A DNA stretch of 64,000 nucleotides, from the NCBI RefSeq assembly GCF_006345805.1, contig NC_043012.1, forward strand, positions 46,686,001-46,750,000. Direction: 5' to 3'. The translations under genes were made by a program, and so were the position numbers. The stretch is from Octopus sinensis. Lineage: Eukaryota. The notes below the pieces were generated by a model. The model saw only the letters and a list, made by a program, of their open reading frames with translations. It made no database searches and was not told where the DNA came from. Positions 1 to 12,282 of the stretch are shown piece after piece; the stretch's first letter is position 1, and the number at the start of each line of letters is the position of its first letter.

Positions 1-19
1 TTCGAATTTTCCCCAATAT

Positions 20-110
20 ACCTCATGAAGACTGGAGGGTGTATCAGCCGAAACAAGATGAGGGCAAATATCCGTCTAATGTAAATAGTGTAAATAATGT
101 ACAATTAATT
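20..110 (+). mobile_element. Fragment of a PLE terminal repeat with a degenerate hammerhead-like core
   Basis: catgaagactggagggtgtatcagccgaaac...gagggcaaatatcc matches the reverse complement of 22630-22700, which adjoins a GIY-YIG remnant. Confidence 0.45.
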
Positions 111-386
111 GTTTCACTACACGAATTGTGCTCGTGCTCGCATTAATATTATTTTGTTATCTATTCGGTATCCCAGTAATACATACACACACACATACAT
201 GCATACATACATAAACACATACATACAATCATACAAACATGCATACATACATACGTATCCTCATTGTTAACGATAGATAGATAGACCTTTAGTTAAATAT
301 ATTCAATGAGAATAATATATACTGAATTTATTTTGAGTGCTCTATTGTATCAACGTATTAATACTATTAAAGTATTTATATATTTA

Positions 387-388
<2 letters not shown>

Positions 389-421
<33 letters not shown>

Positions 422-552
422 TATAGATAGATACAAACATACATACATACATATATATACATACATACATAAATACATACATGCATACATGCATACATAC
501 ATACATACATACATACATACATACATACATACATACATACATACATACATAC
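389..552. repeat. (GATA)n plus (CATA)n compound microsatellite
   Basis: Read directly; it explains ORFs 350..550 and 376..591. Confidence 0.95.
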
Positions 553-1339
553 ATTGTTAACGATATCTTTCATATACAGTGAAATGTGCATTTTGAAATT
601 TTCTGATGTGAAATCAGCATCGAAGTCACTTTAAATGTGACACTGAATAAACAACTTGTAAACACTTTTTAAAATTAGTTATTTGCTGAGACACAACCTG
701 GAGATGAAGAGATGTATTTGGAGGCTGAAAAAGGATGCGATAGATTCAAAAGTCTGCAAGATGATTAGTCGATGTGGCCAGGCGGGCATGCTTCGGCATT
801 TTGCACGAAAAGAAGAGATATCAAAAGCACTTTTTGAGGTAATGGATAGTTTCTGGTAAACTTAGACGCTCAAGTTGCGAGCCCAGTTGACTTATATTTT
901 GAGAGCTATCAGATTTTCTTAATTACTCACTAAAAAGAGCTTCACCTTCAAATCCCTGGTGGAGTTCTTTTTGCAGAATATAAGATTAGCCTCATATCAA
1001 AGCAATCTGGCCTCAGTCTGTATGATGTTTTTTCCTTTTAGATGTATTTCAAAACAAATCAACACTAGTTTTATTGCAATGTAAAGCCAGTTAAAAAATT
1101 AACGTTCTTCAAAATCTAATAAGAATTAGTGCACTATATTTTTTACTCTATTTTTCTGCAGTGAATTTGCTAGGTTTCTTAATCAGAATGTTATTTGTTT
1201 ATTTATTTATTTAGTTTTGTAAATCCATGCTGGTTTGAATTTCTTCTGGCTTTGCTCTACTTTCAAAACTGCAAATAAGTGCAGCTGCATCAAGCTGTTT
1301 CTAAAGAGAGTTTCCATTCTTACAAATGAATATTTATAA

Positions 1340-1790
1340 ATGAATACAAAAAAAATATACGAGATAGACGAAAGATGGAAGGGATGCTGGGAGCTGGCCA
1401 CGGATTTGGAAAGCCTAGTAATATTTCTATTAATAAAAACGACAAAAAGACCAGATTCAGTCATATAGGACAGAAAACGGAGAATAGTAATTTTGCTAGA
1501 ACAGACAGTGCCATGGGAAGAGAACATCGGCACTGCAGAGAAACGAAAGGAGAAGAGGTACAAAAAACTAATTGAAGAGTGCAGAGAACAGGGATGGTAT
1601 GTTGAGTATTACCACCTGGCAGTGGGCTTCATTGAAAAAAAAGGAGAAGGCTATTCAAAAGAAGATTTGTTTTTTCTAGCACGGAGCTGAGAAAACTAAT
1701 AAGAAGAGTACAGGAGGCGGTCGAAAAAGCCAGCTTCTATATATGGCTAAAGCGGGAAGACCAAAAATGGCTTGAAAGTCTTAATATGCT
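1340..1790 (+). mobile_element. Decayed C-terminal restriction-like endonuclease (RLE) domain of an R2-group non-LTR retrotransposon (HERO/NeSL-like)
   Basis: Translation across lesions gives WELATDLESLVIF..TTKRPDSVI*DRKRRIVILLEQTVPWEENIGTAEKRKEKRYKKLIEEC..GW...VGF...VQEAVEKASFYIWLKRE. This is the RPD...IELTVPWEE...K..KY pattern of RLE domains. Confidence 0.8.
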
Positions 1791-3039
1791 GGCGGAAAAT
1801 AACATCACTAGATGAGATAAGCTGACATTGAATTAGCTTCGATGATTGACAGGCGACGGTCTCGTTTAGAGAATGCGTGGGCTAAGACTACGCGCCTTCA
1901 TTGGTCAGTTAAAGTGGAGACAGTGTCACGTGACAGCTTGCTGGGGCTGCCTTCTGGAGCCTATCAGCAGGTATTTAAAGGGAAATTTGACAAGACAATC
2001 AGTCGCACGCTGACACTCGTTGACGCTACATTGAAGAGGCCAGGGAACAGAAGAAAGAAGAAGAAAGAAGACATGCACCCACCACCAGAGCTGAAGATAC
2101 CTCCGAAAGTAGGGGGCCCGCCACATTAAAACGATAGAGGAGTAGGGGCCGCAACCGGACGTTGTTCCTCCTGATGATGACTTGAGCTAACTGGATCCTA
2201 TAAAGGAGCTGTTGTGGTAGCAGACCACGAAACACGGTTGAAATTCCTCATTGAATCTCCAGCTAATTGTTATTATTTGATGCTCAGTTGGAAATGATTT
2301 ACCTTCTAAGCAGTAACAGAGATATGAATATCATTAAATCAGCATATAGATTTGGCCAGTGGCTCATTAAAACATATAACATATTTGGGTAGAGAGTGTA
2401 AGTCTGTTCAATTCATTATCCACACGCAAACTGATGTCACTTCCTCTCTTAAAAATAATAGCATTCATTATGTACATAGCGATGTTCTTTGGTACAGCTT
2501 TGCTCTCATCTGGATGAATATTTTTCCAACATGTTTTACAACAATCATTTTCATTAAAAAGCCATATGTTTTAACGAAATCAGTCTCACTGATTCTATTT
2601 CAAATGAGCTAACGATAACTCTTTAGGTAATACTTTAAGGAACACATTTAGAAGATTAGTTGTTTTCATTTGCAAAAACTACCTGGTTTTATAAATTGCT
2701 ATATGTATGTGATATATATTGCTTCTTTACTTCGGAGTTGCACATTATTAGAATATTAATACGCAGAAAATTAAATAGATTAACATGAATATAAACTTCC
2801 CATGTGAAAACACGCATTCTCCTCCTTAGGTTTCATTTATCATTTTGTATGGACCTTGTCTGCATTCTTACAATTTTCGTTGCTAAATCAATATAAAATG
2901 TTCGTTACTATGATTTTCGTAGCCACAGATGTTTGAAGCAAAAATGTCCACGGTGCTTATGCAAGTATAAATTTTTATTAGGAAAAAGTTAAATTTTCCT
3001 TGTAAAATAATATTATCCATACCAAAAGTTATTGAGTAA

Positions 3040-3235
3040 TTTCAAACTTTGGTACAAGGCCTGCAATTTCGGTGGAGATGGCAAGTCGACTTGATCGATG
3101 CCAATAATTAACTGGTACTTAATTTAGAGACTCGGAAATGATGAAAGGCAAAGACAATTTCAACGAGATCTAAACTCAGAATATGAAGACGGAGGAGGTA
3201 CTGCTGTCCAGCGTGGTAACAATTCTGCCAGCTAC
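3040..3235 (-). mobile_element. Decayed tRNA-derived SINE (same family as 49956)
   Basis: The reverse complement contains agctggcagaattgtta...ttctgagtttagatct...aagtaccagt, similar to the intact copy at 49956-50149. Confidence 0.55.
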
Positions 3236-3311
3236 CCGATTTACTTCAGTTTAACATTAAATAATTCACACATACACACATACTCTTACACACACACACA
3301 CACAACAAACA

Positions 3312-3359
<48 letters not shown>

Positions 3360-3423
3360 AAAACGGTAAGATAACAAAAGAAAGAAAGAGACCTCAATAT
3401 TATGTAACTAGAGGAAATTTATC

Positions 3424-4375
3424 TATACAATATGTTACATTACTCGGTAGTCAAGATAAAATCTGAGTTTCAGATGCCGAAGTGGAAATCCACAACACCA
3501 TCTCTTCAGTTATCTGGCTATTTGAAAACGTTATGAAAAAATACCGTTAAATAAAGGGAAATTACTCTGTTATAACTCTGCTTGCCTGCGTACTTATACA
3601 TCGCTCGCATTTTTCGTCATAAAAATTATATAAAAATACATAAAAAATATATAAAAAATATATAAAAATATATAAATTCTTCTTGGGACATAACATAGAA
3701 AGTATGTTCTATCTGTTTTCTTTAGGGGACCAAAAACGTAACAGAAACTTAGTCACACGTGGGCATGATCCGAAAAGCTCTGTCCTTGTATTTAGACATG
3801 TAGTACGGTCTAAGCTGCTTTTCCAGATAAGCCATCTCTCCATGTCGCATAGACCGCACCTTCCGCTGCCGTTAGTATAGGGCTTACATCTGGCCAATTA
3901 TAACATACAATGGAAGATTTTGGCCAGATGTAAGCCCTATACTAACGGCAGCGGAAGGTGCGGTCTATGCGACATGGAGAGATGACTTATCTGGAAAAGC
4001 AGCTACATGTCTAAATACAAGGACAGAGCTTTTCGGATCATGCCCACATGTGACTAAGTTTCTGTTACGTTTTTGGTCCCCTGAAGAAAACAGATAGAAC
4101 ATGCTTTCTATGTTATGTCCCAAGAAGAATTTATATATTTTTATATATTTTTTATATATTTTTTATGTATTTTTATATAATTTTTATGACGAAAAATGCG
4201 AGCGATGTATAAGTACGCAGGCAAGCAGAGTTATAACAGAGTAATTTCCCTTTATTTAACGGTATTTTTTCATAACGTTTTCAAATAGCCAGATAACCGA
4301 AGAGATGGTGTTGTGGATTTCCACTTCGGCATCTGAAACTCAGAGTTTTATCTTGACTACCGAGTAATGTAACAT

Positions 4376-4383
<8 letters not shown>
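3424..4383. mobile_element. Inverted pair (~470-bp arms) of PLE 3' end / pseudo-LTR
   Basis: 3424-3897 is the reverse complement of 3919-4383. The arms encode the PLE endonuclease C-terminus YNIQWKILARCKPYTNGSGRCGLCDMERWLIW...LNTRTELFGSCPRVTKFLL, followed by a hammerhead-like motif. Confidence 0.8.
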
Positions 4384-4415
<32 letters not shown>

Positions 4416-4699
4416 CAGGGTGGTCCCAAAGACAAAGGTATCTAAAAGTTTTATAAGTTTGCTGGGATTACATTTTTGTTATTACTAAGTCACAAAATAT
4501 AACTCTTCACTCCTAAAGTACATATATAATATTTCCTGTACATATATATGAGTATATATATTGTATGTAGTACAGAGTTATCGTAAATTTAAAACAAACA
4601 TCATAAATGAATAATTGACACCTTTATGATTTTGGCCCCATTCTGTATGTATATGTGTGTGTGTAACTCTGTGTGTGTGTGTGTGTTTTAAAATATAAT

Positions 4700-4782
4700 T
4701 TTTAATATATCTTACATTGTGTTTGTCGACCGGTTTCGCTTTCGCTAATCATGACGTTAAGATATATTTAAATACGTATTTT
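4700..4782 (-). mobile_element. Inverted copy of the pseudo-LTR of the adjacent PLE
   Basis: Reverse complement of ~6155-6235 (catgattagcgaaag(c/t)gaaaccggtcgacaaacacaat). Confidence 0.8.
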
Positions 4783-5411
4783 GTTAAGGAATAATTGTTT
4801 GCCCATGTTGCGTGTGGAGTTTATGAATGAATGATTCAACAAATAGAAGAATCTAAGGGTAGGTAATTGGTTATCGTTATTATTGGGGACAAAGGAAACA
4901 ATTGTTCATCTTTCTGTAGTGGGGGATATATACACAAGCAAAATTCAAAGACTAGTGTGATGGGGAAAATATGTACAGTGTTGGGTATATTATCGTGTAT
5001 TAAAACATGGCAGAAGGGAAAAACTGAAATGTTTAAAAGTCAACAACCAAGTTATAACTGACATCTATCATATACCAACGAACTCGAAGCGATATCTCCT
5101 TTTTAGCTAATGCCACCCGAAACACATCAAAATATATATCCCCTTTATTTTGACAAAAAGGATGTGCACCATAGTGTCTAATAGAACTATGTGGGACGTT
5201 CATATTCAAGACATCAGAACAAGACTAATTGAAAGACAATATCCACCATCACTTATAGATGATGGAATTAAGCGTGCCAGGAAGTTAGACATAAAAACAT
5301 TAAGACAACAAAACATAACAAATACTGTATACATCAAGTCACAACCCTAGAATCAATGAGGCATACAACAATATTGTTCAAAATCTTCCTTTACTAACTA
5401 GAAACCCCAAA

Positions 5412-5927
5412 ATGAACGGCATCCTGAAAGCACATAAATTCATCAAATGCAAAAAGCAACACAGATCCCTTAAGAAACTTTTAACAAATGAAAAGTTTTA
5501 TGCAACAACCACGAAACCAGCATTTAAACTATGTGGACGTCCAAGTTTTCATACAAGCCACAACCTACTTGAAGGCTCGGATTTCCTTTTCAAACGAGAG
5601 AGGTTCACAGTTAAAACCAACTTCACTTGTGCCTCGGAGAATCTAATTTATGTAATAATCTGCTTCGTATGTGGGCATCACTATATAGGACAGACTAGTA
5701 TGACACTGAGACGGAGAACGACTCTACATAAAGAGCAGATCCGATTCCCGCAATACAGACAGATTCCTTTAAGTGCACACCTAGAAAGATGTGCACGTAA
5801 CATCAAAACAAATTTCACAGTTTTCCCCTTCTACCAGTGCAAAGATACAATTTCTTTACAAGAACTTTTGAATAAAGAAAATTTATACATCGAAAAATAC
5901 AGAAAACGTCTAAATATTCATGCATAA
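5412..5927 (+). pseudogene. PLE GIY-YIG endonuclease domain (remnant ORF)
   Basis: NFTCASENLIYVIICFVCGHHYIGQTSMTLRRRTTLHKEQI...HL...KENLYIEKY...LN carries the NLIY/YIGQT/R/E/N motif set. Confidence 0.85.
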
Positions 5928-6182
5928 CCAACTTTGATCTCTATACATATGCTATCACTGTACATACTTCTCGCCACCACTGTAGTGTTTGAATTTTATT
6001 GTGTATATGTATATTCCTCCCCTACCGAAAGATGATCAATTATCTCCCCTATCCACAGTAATAACAATTACCAATTACCTCCCCTTAGATTTTTCTGCTT
6101 GTTTCATCATTCATTTATATGCTCCACACAAAACATGGACAAAAATTTGTCTTAAGGAAATACGTATTTAAAGAAATTTTAA

Positions 6183-6215
6183 TGTCATGATTAGCGAAAG
6201 TGAAACCGGTCGACA
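6183..6215 (+). ncRNA. Minimal type I hammerhead ribozyme motif with A3:U8 core variant
   Basis: tgtc-ATGATTA-gc gaaa gt-GAAA-c cg g-TC-gaca. Stem I is tgtc/gaca, stem III is palindromic ACCGGT, and the GUC site ends at 6211. An inverted copy lies at 4724-4756. Confidence 0.6.
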
Positions 6216-7940
6216 AACACAATATAAGATATGTAAAAAAATATATGAAAATTATGTAAAATGTGTCCATACATACATGCAATACATGTAAAGTGTGTAC
6301 ATACATGCATGGAAACTTGCACATAAACAAACATACATACATAAATTTATATGTTCATAATACATTGATGCATATATGCATATAAATATCTATGCTTGTA
6401 TACTTATACATTTATGAAAGTTTGTATTATATGTTTATTCACCCAGACATAAATATATACACATACACATATTATATATTTCTGTGTTCACACACACACA
6501 CACACACACACAATTAATTAACGAGAACATGGATTTAGTATTAAACTTTATTCTGTACAACGTTCGTTTCGACCCATCTGCTATTGTCCTAACTGGCACT
6601 GCGGAGTTCCTGAAGTAGATCCAACGGAAATATACCACAACTGCTGATGACAGCAGGTACTTAAACTGTGTCGTTGCTCTCCTCACCATTTAAATATCGA
6701 CTTATACCCATTAGTCCCACATATTAATTATATATATACATATACACGTATAAATATATATTCATATACAAACGCACATATATGTGTGTATGTATGTATG
6801 TACATATGCATGCATGTATGTATGTATGTATGTATGTATGTATCTATGTATGTACGCGCTATGTGTCTATAAATGTTACAGTTTTCTAGAAACATACTTT
6901 TGAAGCATCATCATAACAAATTATCTTCGAGACTCACAATCATTATTCAAATAATCTAAGTGAGAAAACACTTGACAAATTCAGCTACTTTCAATTATCT
7001 ATATGTCAATGCTAGGTGTTTTCCCTTATTAAGTTTCTGTATTCTTATTAATACGAAAGCAGTCTTATATACTTATATCTATTTACAAAGTACACCAAAT
7101 ACATGCAATGACATATGTAAGTGTATGTAAATATAGAGGTGTATTTCACACACATTACAGTTCACTGAATATATATATATTTATATATTCTTATATGTTC
7201 ATAAAGATAGCGAGTGAGACACACATAAAAATACAACATAGTGAACGGCACATAATGAGTCGACGTATATGAATGATGTATGCAATTATTTACGGAACTC
7301 GTTATAACACATATTGCCTTTGTAAAATTTGTTTAGTATGACTGTAAAAATATGATGCCAATATTATTGTCTGCTTTCTTTTGATTAATGATTCAAAGAT
7401 TGACTTTCATCACGTAAACTAGGTTTCAATAGATGCTTCTGCAAGAAGCCCTAGTTATACTCCATCTGTTCCTATATGTGACTCTCTTTTCCTCCACATT
7501 TCCTTTGCATCTCTCTCCCTCTACCTACTTATCATTGATTCGCTCTATGTCTGTTTCTCTTTTACTCACTCGTTACTCACACATATACACGTACACACAC
7601 ACTTACTTATACATTCCACATGCTGCCCAGCAACCACTGCCGTTCAACATCAAAAACATGAGAATAAATAAAAGTTGATGAATCTCTTCTACAATGAATT
7701 GTTAATCTACTTTCAGTCATTTACAAAGCACATTATCTGAAACTACACTTCTTTTATTTTCTTTTTCACTAAAATCTTATCTACAATAGTCAGTGATTAG
7801 CATTGTTATTTTTGTTGTTGTTGCTGCTATTATTGTTGATGATGAGCTGTTTTCATTTTTTTTCCATTTCATATTACTCACTTTTATAATAATAATTCAG
7901 TGAACTACTTTCTGATTTTTTTCCTCTCTCTCTTTCTCTC

Positions 7941-7984
<44 letters not shown>

Positions 7985-8005
7985 TATATATGTGTGTGTG
8001 TGTGT

Positions 8006-8039
<34 letters not shown>

Positions 8040-8058
8040 CATATATACATATACATAC

Positions 8059-8119
<61 letters not shown>

Positions 8120-9200
8120 TCATACATATACACTCAAACTTGCAAACACACACGCACATACACACACACACATCTATATATATTATTTTGGCTACTTTTA
8201 TTTCTTTTTCTCATTTTATTTCATATCATTGTTATTTTTCGCTCTTCTTTACTTGTTTTTGTTCTATATTTACCGTTATTTAGACTTCACATCTTATTTG
8301 TGTAAAATATTTTAAAACACTAGGGAGATAATAGGGATGCTTTTGAAGAAATGTTTGCGATATTATTGTTGGGGAATAAATATAGCCGATCAACAAAAGC
8401 AAAAATGATGATGCTGCTGCTGCTGCTGATGATGATGATAATGATGACGATGACGATGATGATGATGGTGATGATGATGGTGATGATGATGATGACAATG
8501 ATGATGATAATGATGATGATAGTGGTGGAGGTGATGGTGTTATTGATGGTTTGGGTGGTTTCTTATTTCGACACAAGACCAGATATTCTTAAAACGATTG
8601 GATTTAGCCAGGGGTATAAACACCAGTACTTGATCAGTTCTATATTTTATCGAACCCACAATGTTTTTTGAAATAAATTTTGTTTCTCACCAGCATATCG
8701 ACCGCAGTCAGTTCATCTGTTAAACATTATATTAAGTCTCAGCATGAACAGGTATATAGAGCACTTATAAAAATATAAAGTCGTTTTAAGTACTACGGAT
8801 ATTATTGCGGATTTCATTACTAGATACATCTTAGGTTACAGAGGTATTATGCAGCTTATTGGTGGACAACTTAGGCAGATTGTAAAACTTTGTTCATGGC
8901 AAGTTCTTCAAAATAGTTCTTGAGAAAAGAATATCTTTTTGGTGAAAGTGTATTATGTGAAATGTTTGATACGCCATTGTTTAATAACTCATTCATTTTT
9001 CAAATGCTTTGGATAAAACTGTGGTTGTTGCCAGTTTGAAGCAAGTTGTATTTCTGAGGAATGAGTTTTAATCCTCGTATTACTACAGTCTTGGATAGAT
9101 ATCTTGAAAGACAGATTGAAGTGTTTGCGGAAAAAACAAACTCTGAAGTGTATTATCTTAGAAGACATCAAAGTACACAGACAGACATACACACGAATAT

Positions 9201-9233
<33 letters not shown>

Positions 9234-9236
9234 ATA

Positions 9237-9591
9237 ATAAATATTAGGGAATAAATCCAAATTTACAGGGAAAAAATCAGATTTAGGATTAAATCGATTT
9301 TATAGTAAAATATTATAAAATATTATTCGAGACAAAACCACTATTTTGCAAAACAAACAAGGAAAGACTTAATTAATACATAAAATTTTAATAAATAGTC
9401 AAAAAAACCGTGGACTTCCAATAATTCAGTGTCAAATTTTTGACACTGAATTATTGGAAGTCCACCTGAAGATTGTCGATCAAGACAAGAAACGATTGTA
9501 GTGGCGGTTTTTTTGACTATTTATTAAAATTTTATGTATTAATTAAGTCTTTCCTTGTTTGTTTTGCAAAATAGTGGTTTTGTCTCGAATA

Positions 9592-9601
<10 letters not shown>
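9237..9601. mobile_element. PLE-type terminal-repeat fold-back cassette
   Basis: Inverted arms 9314-9410 and 9505-9601 enclose a 27-bp perfect hairpin and a hammerhead motif. Related sequence lies at 42676-43145. Confidence 0.65.
9462..9504 (+). ncRNA. Minimal type I hammerhead ribozyme motif
   Basis: ccac-CTGAAGA-ttgtc gatcaa gacaa-GAAA-c gatt g-TA-gtgg. All core nucleotides are canonical and the GUA site ends at 9500. Confidence 0.7.
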
Positions 9602-9651
<50 letters not shown>

Positions 9652-9689
9652 CATTGATATATATATACATATGTGTATATGTATATATG

Positions 9690-9747
<58 letters not shown>

Positions 9748-9841
9748 TAAGGGCTCCTAAATAAAGATGCCGAGTGCTGGGAACACAAAAAGGGGATGAA
9801 TTTATCGAGAGTGAAAATCAAAAACGTTTACCGATAACTTT

Positions 9842-9923
9842 AACAACTCGTACCGCGGTTTCTGCTTCTTTCTAGCAAAACACAGAATATGTTTGCTAAG
9901 GCCAGCTTCATCAGCGAGTTGCC
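9842..9923 (-). ncRNA. Type I hammerhead motif, array copy 1
   Basis: Reverse complement: ggcaactcg-CTGATGA-agct...agca-GAAA-c cgcg g-TA-cgagttgtt. Confidence 0.75.
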
Positions 9924-10285
9924 TGAATTTAATCGAGGTCTGCAGCGATGTGGGGCTATACGTTAAACCCGACTACTAGCAGATCTTAACTTTTCAAATC
10001 TCTGCGCAGACGCAAAATTTACGCGGGCATGCCGGGAAGAATTTTACGAATAAATTCATCATGTAGTATGCGAATATAAACAAGAAGGGTAGTAATATTA
10101 TTTACTACCAGGTGCCCAGCACAAAAGACGAATTAGTCATAAGACAAAAATATTATTCATATAGAAAAATATTATTCATGTAGTTATACAATTAAGGGCT
10201 CCTAAATAAAGATGCCGAGTGCTGGGAACACAAAAAGGGGATGAATTATCGAGAGTGAAAATCAAAAACGTTTACCGATAACTTT

Positions 10286-10367
10286 AACAACTCGTACCGC
10301 GGTTTCTGCTTCTTTCTAGCAAAACACAGAATATGTTTGCTAAGGCCAGCTTCATCAGCGAGTTGCC
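10286..10367 (-). ncRNA. Type I hammerhead motif, array copy 2
   Basis: Same motif as copy 1. Confidence 0.75.
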
Positions 10368-10730
10368 TGAATTTAATCGAGGTCTGCAGCGATGTGGGGC
10401 TATACGTTAAACCCGACTACTAGCAGATCTTAACTTTTCAAATCTCTGCGCAGACGCAAAATTTACGCGGGCATGCCGGGAAGAATTTTACGAATAAATT
10501 CATCATGTAGTATGCGAATATAAACAAGAAGGGTAGTAATATTATTTACTACCAGGTGCCCAGCACAAAAGACGAATTAGTCATAAGACAAAAATATTAT
10601 TCATATAGAAAAATATTATTCATGTAGTTATACAATTAAGGGCTCCTAAATAAAGATGCCGAGTGCTGGGAACACAAAAAGGGGATGAATTTATCGAGAG
10701 TGAAAATCAAAAACGTTTACCGATAACTTT

Positions 10731-10812
10731 AACAACTCGTACCGCGGTTTCTGCTTCTTTCTAGCAAAACACAGAATATGTTTGCTAAGGCCAGCTTCAT
10801 CAGCGAGTTGCC
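10731..10812 (-). ncRNA. Type I hammerhead motif, array copy 3
   Basis: Same motif as copy 1. Confidence 0.75.
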
Positions 10813-11311
10813 TGAATTTAATCGAGGTCTGCAGCGATGTGGGGCTATACGTTAAACCCGACTACTAGCAGATCTTAACTTTTCAAATCTCTGCGCAGAC
10901 GCAAAATTTACGCGGGCATGCCGGGAAGAATTTTACGAATAAATTCATCATGTAGTATGCGAATATAAACAAGAAGGGTAGTAATATTATTTACTACCCT
11001 TTTTGTGTTCCCAGCACTCGGCATCTTTATTTAGGAGCCCTTAATTGTATAACTACATGAATAATATTTTTCTATATGAATAATATTTTTGTCTTATGAC
11101 TAATTCGTCTTTTGTGCTGGGCACCTGGTAGTAAATAATATTACTACCCTTCTTGTTTATATTCGCATACTACATGATGAATTTATTCGTAAAATTCTTC
11201 CGGCATGCCCGCGTAAATTTTGCGTCTGCGCAGAGATTTGAAAAGTTAAGATCTGCTAGTAGTCGGGTTTAACGTATAGCCCCACATCGCTGCAGACCTC
11301 GATTAAATTCA

Positions 11312-11393
11312 GGCAACTCGCTGATGAAGCTGGCCTTAGCAAACATATTCTGTGTTTTGCTAGAAAGAAGCAGAAACCGCGGTACGAGTTGTT
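11312..11393 (+). ncRNA. Type I hammerhead motif, array copy 4
   Basis: Stem I is 11312-11320/11385-11393, CTGATGA is 11321-11327, GAAA is 11373-11376, and stem III is the ACCGCGGT palindrome. Predicted cleavage is after A11384. Confidence 0.75.
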
Positions 11394-11756
11394 AAAGTTA
11401 TCGATAAACGTTTTTGATTTTCACTCTCGATAAATTCATCCCCTTTTTGTGTTCCCAGCACTCGGCATCTTTATTTAGGAGCCCTTAATTGTATAACTAC
11501 ATGAATAATATTTTTCTATATGAATAATATTTTTGTCTTATGACTAATTCGTCTTTTGTGCTGGGCACCTGGTAGTAAATAATATTACTACCCTTCTTGT
11601 TTATATTCGCATACTACATGATGAATTTATTCGTAAAATTCTTCCCGGCATGCCCGCGTAAATTTTGCGTCTGCGCAGAGATTTGAAAAGTTAAGATCTG
11701 CTAGTAGTCGGGTTTAACGTATAGCCCCACATCGCTGCAGACCTCGATTAAATTCA

Positions 11757-11838
11757 GGCAACTCGCTGATGAAGCTGGCCTTAGCAAACATATTCTGTGT
11801 TTTGCTAGAAAGAAGCAGAAACCGCGGTACGAGTTGTT
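11757..11838 (+). ncRNA. Type I hammerhead motif, array copy 5
   Basis: Same motif; predicted cleavage after A11829. Confidence 0.75.
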
Positions 11839-12200
11839 AAAGTTATCGGTAAACGTTTTTGATTTTCACTCTCGATAAATTCATCCCCTTTTTGTGTTCC
11901 CAGCACTCGGCATCTTTATTTAGGAGCCCTTAATTGTATAACTACATGAATAATATTTTTCTATATGAATAATATTTTTGTCTTATGACTAATTCGTCTT
12001 TTGTGCTGGGCACCTGGTAGTAATAATATTACTACCCTTCTTGTTTATATTCGCATACTACATGATGAATTTATTCGTAAAATTCTTCCCGGCATGCCCG
12101 CGTAAATTTTGCGTCTGCGCAGAGATTTGAAAAGTTAAGATCTGCTAGTAGTCGGGTTTAACGTATAGCCCCACATCGCTGCAGACCTCGATTAAATTCA

Positions 12201-12282
12201 GGCAACTCGCTGATGAAGCTGGCCTTAGCAAACATATTCTGTGTTTTGCTAGAAAGAAGCAGAAACCGCGGTACGAGTTGTT
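12201..12282 (+). ncRNA. Type I hammerhead motif, array copy 6
   Basis: Same motif; predicted cleavage after A12273. Confidence 0.75.

Larger units (their letters stand above)
4990..6240 (+). mobile_element. 5'-truncated Penelope-like retroelement (RT thumb, GIY-YIG endonuclease, 3' pseudo-LTR)
   Basis: The RT C-terminus reads TDIYHIPTNSKRYLLFS*CHPKH...KRMCTIVSN...RQYPPSLIDDGIKRA and is followed by the GIY-YIG ORF. Confidence 0.85.

Noticed and set aside
6520-6700. Complex-sequence island with a Cys-containing frame (RPICYCPNWHC)
   Set aside because: It has stops in the candidate frames, no consistent splice pair and no recognisable family.
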